From NCBI GenBank assembly GCA_964627665.1, contig CAZVKG010000011.1, positions 7,144-71,143 on the forward strand: DNA of 64,000 nucleotides, read 5' to 3'. Under the pieces are notes generated by a model. It did no database searches, was not told the origin of the DNA, and saw nothing but the letters and a program-made list of their open reading frames with translations. Shown one piece after another: positions 9,497-18,908 of the stretch (position 1 is its first letter; each line of letters begins with the position of its first letter). This DNA is from an uncultured Eubacteriales bacterium (GTDB taxonomy: Bacteria > Bacillota > Clostridia > Lachnospirales > Vallitaleaceae). The position numbers and the translations under genes were made by a program.

Positions 9497-10732
9497 TTAA
9501 GTCGTTTGTGCATCTAGCTTTACTTGCTTAATAAATTGGTTAGCAACACGGCCGGACATTTTCCCGTGGCGCATTGCATAGATACGCGCATCATGAATAA
9601 GTTGCTCTTCCTCTATATTAAGGCCTTCTTTTTTAGCCATGGCTTTGACCATTGAAAAATACTCCTTTTGGTCCAAATTTTCATAGATTAGGGTTAAGCC
9701 AAACCGATCCGATAAGGATGTCATCTCCTGAATAAAATCCTGAAGGTGAATATCATTTTCTCTTTCCGTACGTATTTCTTTAATCAAGTGTCTGCGATTT
9801 GAGGTAACATAAAAAACAACATGGGATAAATCGTCAGAAATACTGCCCTCGATAAATGACTTTAAAAATTTGTATTCATCTTCATTGGCTTCAAAAGAGA
9901 GATCATCAATGAAAAGAATAAATCGGAATCCTTGATTCTTAATGACACTCAACACTTTAGGTAAATAAATCAGCTGTCCTTTTTGCATCTGTACTAATCG
10001 TAAGCCTTCTTGGGCAAAAAGTTTTGCCACAGTTTTAACTGAGGTTGATTTCCCTGTTCCACTCCCTCCAACAAGTAAGGCGTTTTGACTGGAATACCCT
10101 TCCACAAATGCTTTTGTGTTTTTAAACAGGGCATCTTTTTGTCGCTCATATAGATAAATCTCATCCCAAGCTAATGTGACAATATTCTCAATACCGATAA
10201 ATTCCGGCTCGCCTTCACTTGTTTTTACCAAAAAGCCATGATTGAGGGCAAAACGACCCACACCATACTTCTTAAGAATTTCAGCGAATGTTTCAGCCCT
10301 TTGATCGAGTTCTAGCGAATCTATTGTGTCAAAAAAATACTTATGCGCAGAAATGACCGCTTGTTTATGGTCTATCGGCTCTTGTTCCATTTTTGCCAAT
10401 ATGTGTCCCTCATCATTTGCTAATTCACATAATGCATCTAGATTAATGGACATTATTTTGGCCAGAATTTTCAAATCATTTTCTAAACAACTCTTTTGAT
10501 ATGGGTTCATTTCTTTTTTATTGATGATCTGCATCAGTTTGCTGTTTGCATCTTGAATCATATGACAAATTACGTATTCCGAAAAACTCTGGTTGGCATC
10601 CAGAAGCAAGCGCACAAGTTCATAGTACTTATTCTTTTTCACCTTGTTTTCAACAAGTTCTTTTACGCACATAAGTACCGGATTATCTATTAAATAATCA
10701 AAGAGTGTTAATTGGTTTAATTTTAGTTTCAT
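9497..10732 (-). CDS. DUF815-family AAA+ ATPase
   Basis: Walker A GGSGTGKST; FILFIDDLSFE, YVTSNRRHL, SLSDRFGL, SGRVANQF family motifs. Confidence 0.9.
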   Translation of the reverse strand: MKLKLNQLTLFDYLIDNPVLMCVKELVENKVKKNKYYELVRLLLDANQSFSEYVICHMIQDANSKLMQIINKKEMNPYQKSCLENDLKILAKIMSINLDALCELANDEGHILAKMEQEPIDHKQAVISAHKYFFDTIDSLELDQRAETFAEILKKYGVGRFALNHGFLVKTSEGEPEFIGIENIVTLAWDEIYLYERQKDALFKNTKAFVEGYSSQNALLVGGSGTGKSTSVKTVAKLFAQEGLRLVQMQKGQLIYLPKVLSVIKNQGFRFILFIDDLSFEANEDEYKFLKSFIEGSISDDLSHVVFYVTSNRRHLIKEIRTERENDIHLQDFIQEMTSLSDRFGLTLIYENLDQKEYFSMVKAMAKKEGLNIEEEQLIHDARIYAMRHGKMSGRVANQFIKQVKLDAQTT

Positions 10733-10890
10733 CCGTCGTCTCCTAACTTTATTTAATTCATAATATCCCTATTATATACTGCTCTATCAAATCCTACAAT
10801 ATTACATTTATATTAAAATATATAAAACATCTAGTTAATGAAAGCAGTTTTTGATATGATTAGATTACTATATTTGAAAGGGTTTGTGAA

Positions 10891-12042
10891 ATGAAAATAA
10901 ATTGGAATCGTAAATATAATACCGTCGCCGTTTATGTTATTCTTGTTTTCCTGATTTGTTATGGTATATATAAACTGACCAACAGTTGGGACCAGACAAA
11001 CACTGTATTTAAGGTTGTTCTAAAAACATTATCCCCATTTATCTATGCATTAACCATTGCTTATTTTTTAAATCCACTTGTTCAACGTATTGAATTTACT
11101 TTTTTCAAAAAGCTACAAAACGAAAAGCTCAAGCGAAGTCTTTCAATACTTACTGCCTATGTGTTAGTTATCAGTTCCATTGTCATCTTACTTTCATTTA
11201 TCATGCCACAACTTATTGATAGCGTTCAAGAAATTGCAAGGCTCCCGGGCATCTATCTCCCCATCATTGATGAGTTTTTAAGTCAGGACACGTTACCGAT
11301 TTTTGATTCCGAGTACTATATTGATATGACCTTTATTAACCGTTACTTTAATGATAACATCAAAGAAACCGTTGATTCACTTACAAATATGGTACAAAAT
11401 TTTGCACCAAAAATATTAACCTATCTATCAAGATTCGCCTCTGCATTAATGAATATACTTCTTGGATTCATCATAGCTATTTATTTACTACTCACCAAGG
11501 AAGTTGGCTTACGAACGGCTCGAAAAGTTATCCTCGCAATTTTACCATCAAAACATGCCATTAACCTAATCAACCTTGGAAAAGAAAGTAATCAGATTTT
11601 TATTAACTTTATCATAGGCAAACTGTTGGATTCATTAATCATCGGATTTCTTGCCTTTATCGTCTTACTGATTTTTAGATTCCCTTATGCACTTCTTTTA
11701 AGTGTAATTATTGGTGTAACAAATATTATCCCTTATTTTGGTCCCTTTATCGGCGGGATTATCGGATTTGCCTTGTTACTCTTTATTAATCCGGTTCAAG
11801 CACTTTGGTTTATGGTCTTTATTCTTATCTTGCAACAATTTGACGGCAATATTTTAGGACCAAAAATTCTTGGTGATTCTACAGGATTATCTCCTTTTTG
11901 GGTCATTTTCTCTATTATAATCTTCGGTAAATTTTTCGGTTTTGTCGGAATGTTTGTTGGTGTTCCCATTGTTGCTGTTCTAAAAAATATTATTACACGT
12001 CAAATTGATCGTTTGTATAATCATCGAATGAAAACCCTTTAA
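10891..12042 (+). CDS. AI-2E family transporter (PerM/YubA-like)
   Basis: Multiple TM helices; AYFLNPLV, IPYFGPFIG, LQQFDGNILGPKILG. Confidence 0.93.
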   Translation: MKINWNRKYNTVAVYVILVFLICYGIYKLTNSWDQTNTVFKVVLKTLSPFIYALTIAYFLNPLVQRIEFTFFKKLQNEKLKRSLSILTAYVLVISSIVILLSFIMPQLIDSVQEIARLPGIYLPIIDEFLSQDTLPIFDSEYYIDMTFINRYFNDNIKETVDSLTNMVQNFAPKILTYLSRFASALMNILLGFIIAIYLLLTKEVGLRTARKVILAILPSKHAINLINLGKESNQIFINFIIGKLLDSLIIGFLAFIVLLIFRFPYALLLSVIIGVTNIIPYFGPFIGGIIGFALLLFINPVQALWFMVFILILQQFDGNILGPKILGDSTGLSPFWVIFSIIIFGKFFGFVGMFVGVPIVAVLKNIITRQIDRLYNHRMKTL

Positions 12043-12051
12043 AATAATTAA

Positions 12052-12174
12052 AAACAGACTTATTCACAATGAATTTTCTGAAAAATCAAGAAAATTGTGG
12101 ATAAGTCTGTTTACTGTGTGGATTACTTGTACGATTTTTGAACATTTTAGTCCATTTTCGATTTTTAATCCACA
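12052..12174. promoter_or_regulatory. DnaA-box cluster within an inverted repeat between convergent genes
   Basis: TTATTCACA 12060-12068, TGTGGATAA 12096-12104 (perfect), TGTGGATTA 12117-12125, TAATCCACA 12166-12174. The first two sit in the inverted repeat aaacagacttattcacaat...attgtggataagtctgttt. Confidence 0.55.
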
Positions 12175-14807
12175 ACAATCATTGCTTGATTTCCCATCGA
12201 TTCCCAGCCACTTCGAAATGCATCTTTCGGTTTACTATCAATTCTACCTGTGGAAGGGTCACTATAATACACGCTCGTCTGGTCAAATCCCATGACAACG
12301 ACACTGTGTTCTTGATAGGTCACTTCCATAAAGCCTGACGGTGTCTTCCAAACTTCTTTACTGTGATCTTGCACTTCTTGGTAACGATTTGGCGTTATAA
12401 TAAGTACCGGTTTACCATTTGCCACAAGAGACAAGAGTTGTTCAAAACTTATACCACTGATATTTTTCGCTCTATTTGATACATACTTTTCTGCCAATTC
12501 TTGCACCGGTTTTATATATACACCAAGTCCCGGTTGTGATACGTCAGCCATACTTCCCGAAAATTCCAAGTGCATATCCGAAAAATGAACAAATCCATTT
12601 TTGATTTCATATGGATCTCTAGAGACTTTCAACTGCTCGGCTAGGGTCATCTTCGATGGTGCATCGTCCATATAATTATCTAACAAAATACTAAGGGCTG
12701 TCACTTCACATCCTCTTGGTAATTCGGGGCGCTGGGGGATTGTAATGATTTGATCTAAATAGACTTGTTCTCTTAAATCATTATTACTAAATATTTCCGT
12801 CAAATTTCCCGAATTATTTTGAACATTGTACTTCCAATGATAAATTGTATATGCTTTTTTGTTCTGTCCTTGAACGAATGCATCCACTAAATCGATAGCA
12901 TAATACTTTGTCTGTTTTAAATGATCAAAAAGAATATAAACGTCTAACGGCGGCCTCTCCCTAAACTCAAAATGAAGATTATTTTTATAGCTTGTTGAAA
13001 CCCCCACTGCATGATAGACCGCATTACCACTTATTGGGGAACTTGCAATAACTGACTCTTGCAATACCTGCTTAGGCTCTTTTCCCGGAAGGTCTAAGTA
13101 TATAGCCTCTTCAACATCCGCGAAATGTACACGAGAGTTTTTATAGTTGTTGGACCGAACAACATTCATGGTCATTAAGTCAAATTTATATTTATTTTCT
13201 GTATCATCAAAGTATATACTGCTAAAATAGTATCCTTCTCCATAATCTCCGGCTCGGTAAGTTTCCATAAGGTCTCCGCGTTGATTGTATTGTTTAACGA
13301 TATGATATGGGAAAATGACATTTCCGTTTAAATATTCATATGTGTTGTCAATGCTATATTCACCGACAAAAACCTGTCCATCAATTTCTTTTATCAAATG
13401 TTTATACGTTCCAAGTTCAAATAAATTCGTATATCTTAATTGACTTCCGGTTAAGTCAACCATATATGTGTTATTTACATATTTATCCCGTGGATCATCC
13501 AAGTAAATCAACCCTGCATCTCCATTTAAACGCCCTTTAATAAATGTTTCCATATATGAAAAGTTTTGATTATTAAAATCCAGTTGATACAAGGACTGTT
13601 CATGAAGAATAAATAGAATTCGTTCGGATACATTATAATAAAACATTTCTTTCAGATTTTTTTTAATATTGAGATAATAGTCCGGATTTTCAATCATACC
13701 TAGGGAATTTAATACAGGTTGCTCATTCATATGATAACTATAAAAGGCAATCCCATTTTTACCATAATTCGGACTTTCATCTTGAAAATAGCCATATACT
13801 GAAAAATACACCTCGCCTAGATTGGAAACCTCTAATATATGTATTCCATGCTCTAGACTTTCATCATAGAGATAATCACTGTTAAGTCGGTCCAAACGAT
13901 ATATTTCATACATCATTTCATCTTCAGTATCGTATAAATAGGCCTCTTTGGTATCATAAATCACTTGAAAACGCTCATTGGGACTTATCTTAACTACACG
14001 ATTTTCTCGGACTCCAAAATCTCCCAAGTACCAACCTTCATAGTCCTTGGAATAGTAATATCTTTGTTTTTCTTGAGCTATTTCTTCAATGATCTGTATC
14101 TCCATCGTTGTATAGTCAATGCTATATTTTTTCCTTATATCCAAATATTCAAATCCTTCTTCAACTCGTTTCGCTCCAATATACTCCACGCCAATATACA
14201 TCTGATTTTCTTGGTTGGACTCAATCCTTGTACGCATGAGTCCCATAGAAGTAATCCCATTTGTGGCGTTGTATTCATCAATAGCCTCTTGCACATATGA
14301 AATACCTAGTCGATTCTGGCTATTTTCAACATGCAAAAAAGAAAGATAATAGTGAATTGAGGTATCATCTCTCTGTGCTTGTATATCCATGTAATAGCTT
14401 TCACCTTGAAGCAAATTCATTCCTTGTTCACTCGATATACGATATACTTTTTCTTCGGCTTGAAGCTGTGTTGAAAAAATCGCTTCATTTTTTTGGTTAT
14501 AGATAGATACATCAACTGTGTCATATTCCATCCATGTTGATGTATCTTCTCTTGTAAATGTAAATGTTATTCCTGAGGGATCCATTTGAATTTTATCTTT
14601 TGATAAATTCTCAAAACCCTTCTGGGTTAAATTGCCAAATGTTGGTTGATATAGGCTCTCAGATTCATATACCCATAATACAGGAATTCGTTCTTCTCCT
14701 GCTGATGTAGCGTTCACAATCTGATTGCCTGAATTGCTATTGCTTTGACACCCTGTGAAAATGATGATAATCAATAGCAATCCAAGTAATGATTTATTTA
14801 TACGCAT
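12165..14807 (-). CDS. Lipoprotein with C-terminal C39-like (Peptidase_C39_2/YvpB-type) cysteine peptidase domain
   Basis: Lipobox IFTGC. C-terminal QRPELPRGCEVTAL (Cys), QEHSVVVMGFD (His), YSDP (Asp). Confidence 0.8.
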   Translation of the reverse strand: MRINKSLLGLLLIIIIFTGCQSNSNSGNQIVNATSAGEERIPVLWVYESESLYQPTFGNLTQKGFENLSKDKIQMDPSGITFTFTREDTSTWMEYDTVDVSIYNQKNEAIFSTQLQAEEKVYRISSEQGMNLLQGESYYMDIQAQRDDTSIHYYLSFLHVENSQNRLGISYVQEAIDEYNATNGITSMGLMRTRIESNQENQMYIGVEYIGAKRVEEGFEYLDIRKKYSIDYTTMEIQIIEEIAQEKQRYYYSKDYEGWYLGDFGVRENRVVKISPNERFQVIYDTKEAYLYDTEDEMMYEIYRLDRLNSDYLYDESLEHGIHILEVSNLGEVYFSVYGYFQDESPNYGKNGIAFYSYHMNEQPVLNSLGMIENPDYYLNIKKNLKEMFYYNVSERILFILHEQSLYQLDFNNQNFSYMETFIKGRLNGDAGLIYLDDPRDKYVNNTYMVDLTGSQLRYTNLFELGTYKHLIKEIDGQVFVGEYSIDNTYEYLNGNVIFPYHIVKQYNQRGDLMETYRAGDYGEGYYFSSIYFDDTENKYKFDLMTMNVVRSNNYKNSRVHFADVEEAIYLDLPGKEPKQVLQESVIASSPISGNAVYHAVGVSTSYKNNLHFEFRERPPLDVYILFDHLKQTKYYAIDLVDAFVQGQNKKAYTIYHWKYNVQNNSGNLTEIFSNNDLREQVYLDQIITIPQRPELPRGCEVTALSILLDNYMDDAPSKMTLAEQLKVSRDPYEIKNGFVHFSDMHLEFSGSMADVSQPGLGVYIKPVQELAEKYVSNRAKNISGISFEQLLSLVANGKPVLIITPNRYQEVQDHSKEVWKTPSGFMEVTYQEHSVVVMGFDQTSVYYSDPSTGRIDSKPKDAFRSGWESMGNQAMIVVD

Positions 14808-14842
14808 AGCAAAATCTCCTTAAATAAAGCATAGTACTTTAT

Positions 14843-14869
14843 ATATCGACCACTTTTTCTAAAAACTTA
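14843..14869 (-). promoter_or_regulatory. Putative sigma-28 (SigD/FliA) promoter of the C39 lipoprotein gene
   Basis: Minus strand TAAG-N15-GTCGATAT versus consensus TAAA-N15-GCCGATAT, about 35 nt upstream of the ATG. Confidence 0.5.
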
Positions 14870-14892
14870 AAATAAAAACTCTTAAATCACGC

Positions 14893-15030
14893 TTATTTGA
14901 TCCGTTTAAATAAATGATGTTTTTTCTTACGCGATTCTTTTTTGTTGACTTGACTCCAAAAATAATCTGAATTGATGTTTTCATTACGACAATACTGGTT
15001 AATTTGGTGATACTCTCTAATTCGATCCAT
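14893..15030 (-). CDS. Unannotated 45-aa basic small protein (MDRIREYHQINQYCRNENINSDYFWSQVNKKESRKKKHHLFKRIK)
   Basis: AAGGGAG RBS 8 nt before ATG; starts 15 nt after the ABC exporter stop; fills the intergenic gap. Confidence 0.5.
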   Translation of the reverse strand: MDRIREYHQINQYCRNENINSDYFWSQVNKKESRKKKHHLFKRIK

Positions 15031-15045
15031 ACTTTTTTCTCCCTT

Positions 15046-16824
15046 TTACGCAAAGGCACTAAACTGTGCCATATACAAATCATAATAGTGTCCTTTTTCT
15101 TTTAATAAATGTTCATGACTTCCTGATTCCGTGATTCCTTGTTCGTTAATCACGAAAATTCGGTCCGCCTTTTGAATCGTTGATAAACGGTGGGCGATAA
15201 CAAATGACGTTCTACCTTCTAATAAGGATTCAATGCCCTTTTGCACGAGCCGCTCTGTCGTTGTATCAATACTTGATGTCGCTTCATCAAGAATAAGAAT
15301 TCCCGGCTTGGCGATCATCGTTCGAGCAAAGGCTATGAGCTGCCGCTGACCAACCGATAATTGCGATCCTTTTTCATTAATTACAGTATCATACCCATCT
15401 TCAAGTTTCATAATAAATTCATGGGCATGAACCGCTTTTGCTGCTTCAACAACTTCATCATCTGATGCATCTAATTTTCCGTAACGAATGTTTTCCCGAA
15501 TCGTTCCCGAAAACAAAAATGTGTCCTGTGTCATAATGCCCATCTGGCTTCGAAGGCTTTCAATGGTTACTTTCTTGACGTCATATCCATCCACAAGAAT
15601 CTTTCCGCCTTCAATGTCATAAAAACGACAAATCAAGTTGACAATCGTTGATTTTCCACCGCCTGTCGGTCCGACTAAGGCTATCGTCTCGCCCTCTCTA
15701 ACGTGAAAAGATAAGTCTTTTAGAACAGGCAAATCATCATCATAGGCAAATGTTACATGTTCAAAGCGAACATCCCCTTGGATTGTCGGCAACCAACATG
15801 CATTCTCTTCATCCACTAAGTCCGGTTCAATATCTAAAATCTCAAATATACGTTCCGCTCCCGCAATATTGGTAATCAACTGATTATAAAAATTACTTAA
15901 ATTCATAATCGGATTCCAGAACATCGATATATATGAAATAAACGCTACAAGAAGTCCTACGGTAATCTCTCCTGTATCTAATAGACTTACGCCTAAATAG
16001 AAGACTAAGACCGTTCCAATCCCCCAACTCATCTCAACCATGGGCCAAAACATATCATTTAACTTCACCGCATGCATAAAGCCGTGCTTGATATCCGCTA
16101 GTAGTGTATGGAAGGTTTTGCTAGTCTGTTCTTCTGCTGTAAAACTTTGCACCACACGAATCCCGGAAAATGATTCATGGGTAAATGCATTCATATTGGC
16201 GTTTTTCTTACGCATGGCTTGCCAACGCCGATGTGCTCTCACTTCAACAAACCACATTCCTAAAATCAAAAAGGGGAGTAATGTTAAAGCTGTCAAGGCC
16301 AATCGTGCATGAAGTGCTAACATGATAATAAAGACAACAATGACACTTGCAAAGTCCGGCAATAGGGTAATGACACTGTTATTCAAAACATCCTTTAAGG
16401 AATCCACATCACCGATAACACGGGCCAGTATTTTTCCGACCGGCCGATGATCAAAAAAGTTAAAAGACAATTTTTGAATGTGCTCATAGAGCTCTTGTCG
16501 AATTTCCATGAGTACTTTATTCGAGACACGCCCCATGATTTGCGTTCTTTTTCGAATACAAAATGCTGCCATGAGATTAAGAACGACTGCAAGTGCTGCA
16601 ATGTATAAAAGTCCTCTAAAGTTTTTGGCTACAATGTAATCATCTATGGAGATTTTTATTAGCAAGGGATTGACCGCCGTTACACCTAAGATAATCAACA
16701 TAAGTCCCAATACGCTTAGAATCTCTTTTTTATATCCACGCATATATGAAAACAAGCGTTTTACTGTAACCACTTTTAGTACGTGTTTTGTTTCTTCATC
16801 TTCTTTAAAATTATTAATTGGCAT
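15046..16824 (-). CDS. Heterodimeric multidrug-type ABC exporter subunit (TMD+NBD; consensus Walker B, degenerate signature)
   Basis: GPTGGGKST, LSVGQRQ, ILDEATSSID, IAHRLST. Start at ATG 16824 after GGAGAGGTG RBS. Confidence 0.93.
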   Translation of the reverse strand: MPINNFKEDEETKHVLKVVTVKRLFSYMRGYKKEILSVLGLMLIILGVTAVNPLLIKISIDDYIVAKNFRGLLYIAALAVVLNLMAAFCIRKRTQIMGRVSNKVLMEIRQELYEHIQKLSFNFFDHRPVGKILARVIGDVDSLKDVLNNSVITLLPDFASVIVVFIIMLALHARLALTALTLLPFLILGMWFVEVRAHRRWQAMRKKNANMNAFTHESFSGIRVVQSFTAEEQTSKTFHTLLADIKHGFMHAVKLNDMFWPMVEMSWGIGTVLVFYLGVSLLDTGEITVGLLVAFISYISMFWNPIMNLSNFYNQLITNIAGAERIFEILDIEPDLVDEENACWLPTIQGDVRFEHVTFAYDDDLPVLKDLSFHVREGETIALVGPTGGGKSTIVNLICRFYDIEGGKILVDGYDVKKVTIESLRSQMGIMTQDTFLFSGTIRENIRYGKLDASDDEVVEAAKAVHAHEFIMKLEDGYDTVINEKGSQLSVGQRQLIAFARTMIAKPGILILDEATSSIDTTTERLVQKGIESLLEGRTSFVIAHRLSTIQKADRIFVINEQGITESGSHEHLLKEKGHYYDLYMAQFSAFA

Positions 16825-18541
16825 AAGCCACCTCTCCTTCATATTGTTCCATAAAGGTGTCATGATAGCGTCCCTGTAATTCTAGTAACTCATGGTGGGT
16901 TCCACGCTCGACAACAATTCCTTCTTCAAGAACAAGTATTTCATCTGCTTCTTTAACCGCTGAGATCCGATGTGCTACAATGATTTTTGTACGGTTTGTC
17001 AGCTGTTTTATCTCTTTTTGTATGCGCAGTTCTGTTTCCATGTCTAATGCTGACGTACTATCGTCAAACACAAGTATTTCCGCATCTTTTGCCAGAGCCC
17101 GTGCAATGGAAATTCGCTGCTTCTGACCTCCTGATAAGCCAATGCCACGTTCTCCGATAATGGTGCTGTAAGATTCGTCCATTCGCTCGATAAACTCATG
17201 AGCTTGAGCGCTTACTGATGATTTGGTCAAAACATCTTCTTGGGTTGTATTTTTGACACCAAAAAGAATATTTTCTTCAATGGTATCACTAAACAAAAAC
17301 ACTTCTTGCATCACGACCGAGATATGACTTCTTAAGTTTCTAAGTTCATAATCTTTGACATCGACACCATCAATAAGTACTTGACCTGAGCTAGTATCAT
17401 AGAAACGTGTCAAAAGGTTAATAATTGAACTTTTCCCGGATCCTGTCGCTCCCATAATTGCTAATGTCTTATTCGGTTCAACTGCAAAACTGACGTCGTC
17501 TAAAACTTTTCTACCATTAAGATCAAGTCCAACATGTTTAAACTCGACCCGTCCCTTGATATCTCCTTGTCTCAAGGCATTTGGTTTGTTCTTAATGTCA
17601 CTTTCACATGCAAACACTGTATCAATCCGTTTTGACGAAGCAATTGCCTCTGCAATGACGTTACTTAACCATCCGATATTACGCATGGGCCACATGACCA
17701 TCTGCGTATATCCTGAAAACATGACGAGGGTACCAATCGTTAAACTTTCTCCGATAACCAACGATCCTCCAAATGCAATTACGAGAACCGGCAAAATATT
17801 GCTGATAAACTCAATTCTTGGATAAAAGATACTCCAAATCTTGGCTTGTTTAAAATTCAGGTCATAATACCCTTGATTTTTCTTTAAAAACTTATTGATT
17901 TCGTATTTTTCTCTTGCAAAGGCTTTCACTAGACGAACACCGGCAATATTTTCCTGTGCCGTCGAATTCATCTCTGCATTTTGTTCACTAATGCGTTCAT
18001 ATGTCTCACCAATACTGCGTTCTAGTTTAATTGCCAAATAGGCTAGAATGGGCAAGGTGATAAATGCAATAATCGATAAGCTAAGGCTAATGCGTATCAT
18101 CAATATGGTTGCAATCACCAAAGTAATAAATGATTCGAGGACTAACATAACCCCAAAACTTGTTGCATGCCAAATCTTATCTGCATCCTCTTTGATTCGC
18201 GTCATCAACTCGCCGGTGTTTTTCGAATCAAAAAAGCTGTAACTTAAGCTCTGTATATGATCAAAAATCTCTTGGCGAAGTGACGTAATCATACGTACAC
18301 TTCCAAAGTCAAAAAACATTTCTTTTGCATAGCCCATAACTGCACGCCCGATGGTAATGACAATTAAGAGCATACTTAAGTGTTTAAAAACCTCTTTGTC
18401 GCCTGCTACAATAACTTCATCAATAATTCGTCCTGTGATAATCGGATTAAACATATCCATAAAAATTCCAAATCCCATCGCAAGAACACCGAATCCGTAT
18501 ATCCATTTGTTTTCTTTTAAATACTTTAATAATCGTTTCAT
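16814..18541 (-). CDS. Heterodimeric multidrug-type ABC exporter subunit (TMD+NBD; degenerate Walker B)
   Basis: GATGSGKSS, LSGGQKQR, VFDDSTSALD (Asp replaces the catalytic Glu). TM287/288- or BmrCD-like pair. Confidence 0.93.
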   Translation of the reverse strand: MKRLLKYLKENKWIYGFGVLAMGFGIFMDMFNPIITGRIIDEVIVAGDKEVFKHLSMLLIVITIGRAVMGYAKEMFFDFGSVRMITSLRQEIFDHIQSLSYSFFDSKNTGELMTRIKEDADKIWHATSFGVMLVLESFITLVIATILMIRISLSLSIIAFITLPILAYLAIKLERSIGETYERISEQNAEMNSTAQENIAGVRLVKAFAREKYEINKFLKKNQGYYDLNFKQAKIWSIFYPRIEFISNILPVLVIAFGGSLVIGESLTIGTLVMFSGYTQMVMWPMRNIGWLSNVIAEAIASSKRIDTVFACESDIKNKPNALRQGDIKGRVEFKHVGLDLNGRKVLDDVSFAVEPNKTLAIMGATGSGKSSIINLLTRFYDTSSGQVLIDGVDVKDYELRNLRSHISVVMQEVFLFSDTIEENILFGVKNTTQEDVLTKSSVSAQAHEFIERMDESYSTIIGERGIGLSGGQKQRISIARALAKDAEILVFDDSTSALDMETELRIQKEIKQLTNRTKIIVAHRISAVKEADEILVLEEGIVVERGTHHELLELQGRYHDTFMEQYEGEVAYAN

Positions 18542-18595
18542 CTCTCTACCTCCCTTATGTCGTTTTCGCTCTTTCTCTATTGCAAAAAAATGTAC

Positions 18596-18665
18596 AAAAA
18601 AGCCATGAGCATTTACCCATGGCTAAAAAAAGCGTCAAAAAAGCCATGGTCTTATACCCATGGCT
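18596..18665 (-). terminator. Two tandem intrinsic terminators (attenuator) in the ABC exporter leader
   Basis: Minus strand AGCCATGGgtataagaCCATGGCT-TTTTT (18637-18665) and AGCCATGGGtaaatgCTCATGGCT-TTTTT (18596-18624). Confidence 0.85.
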
Positions 18666-18740
18666 CAATATACATTCTTATGCTGTTGTGCTTATGTTTT
18701 ATTCATATGTTCTTATCAATGAACACATGTTAATACACAG

Positions 18741-18818
18741 CTACTTAGAATGACCGTTGAGGTAGGGTATCGGTTTAATTAAATTATCAACTATTGGATT
18801 CATCATTAACTTTTTCAT
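18741..18818 (-). CDS. Leader peptide (MKKLMMNPIVDNLIKPIPYLNGHSK, 25 aa) of the ABC exporter operon
   Basis: Strong AAGGAGGT RBS. Lies between a sigmaA promoter and the terminators. Its 3' half is complementary to the 5' arm of terminator 1. Confidence 0.75.
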   Translation of the reverse strand: MKKLMMNPIVDNLIKPIPYLNGHSK

Positions 18819-18879
18819 TTGTCCTACCTCCTTTTCTAAATAGTACACCTAAGGTGCCTTGTTTGTTATTTCCTTATAT

Positions 18880-18908
18880 AGAATAGCATCATGTTTAATC
18901 CTTGTCAA
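18880..18908 (-). promoter_or_regulatory. SigmaA promoter of the leader/ABC operon
   Basis: TTGACA-N17-TATTCT with extended -10 TG; the -35 lies in the last codons of topB. Confidence 0.7.

Noticed and set aside
12052-12174. Replication origin (oriC)
   Set aside because: No dnaA/dnaN nearby, only four boxes, and gene-strand bias does not switch here.
14859-15083. 74-aa ORF from the track
   Set aside because: It overlaps the ABC gene end and lacks an RBS; the 45-aa ORF in another frame has a clear RBS.
18596-18880. T-box or metabolite riboswitch in the ABC leader
   Set aside because: No T-box UGGNACC bulge or recognisable aptamer; the uORF/antiterminator model explains the sequence.
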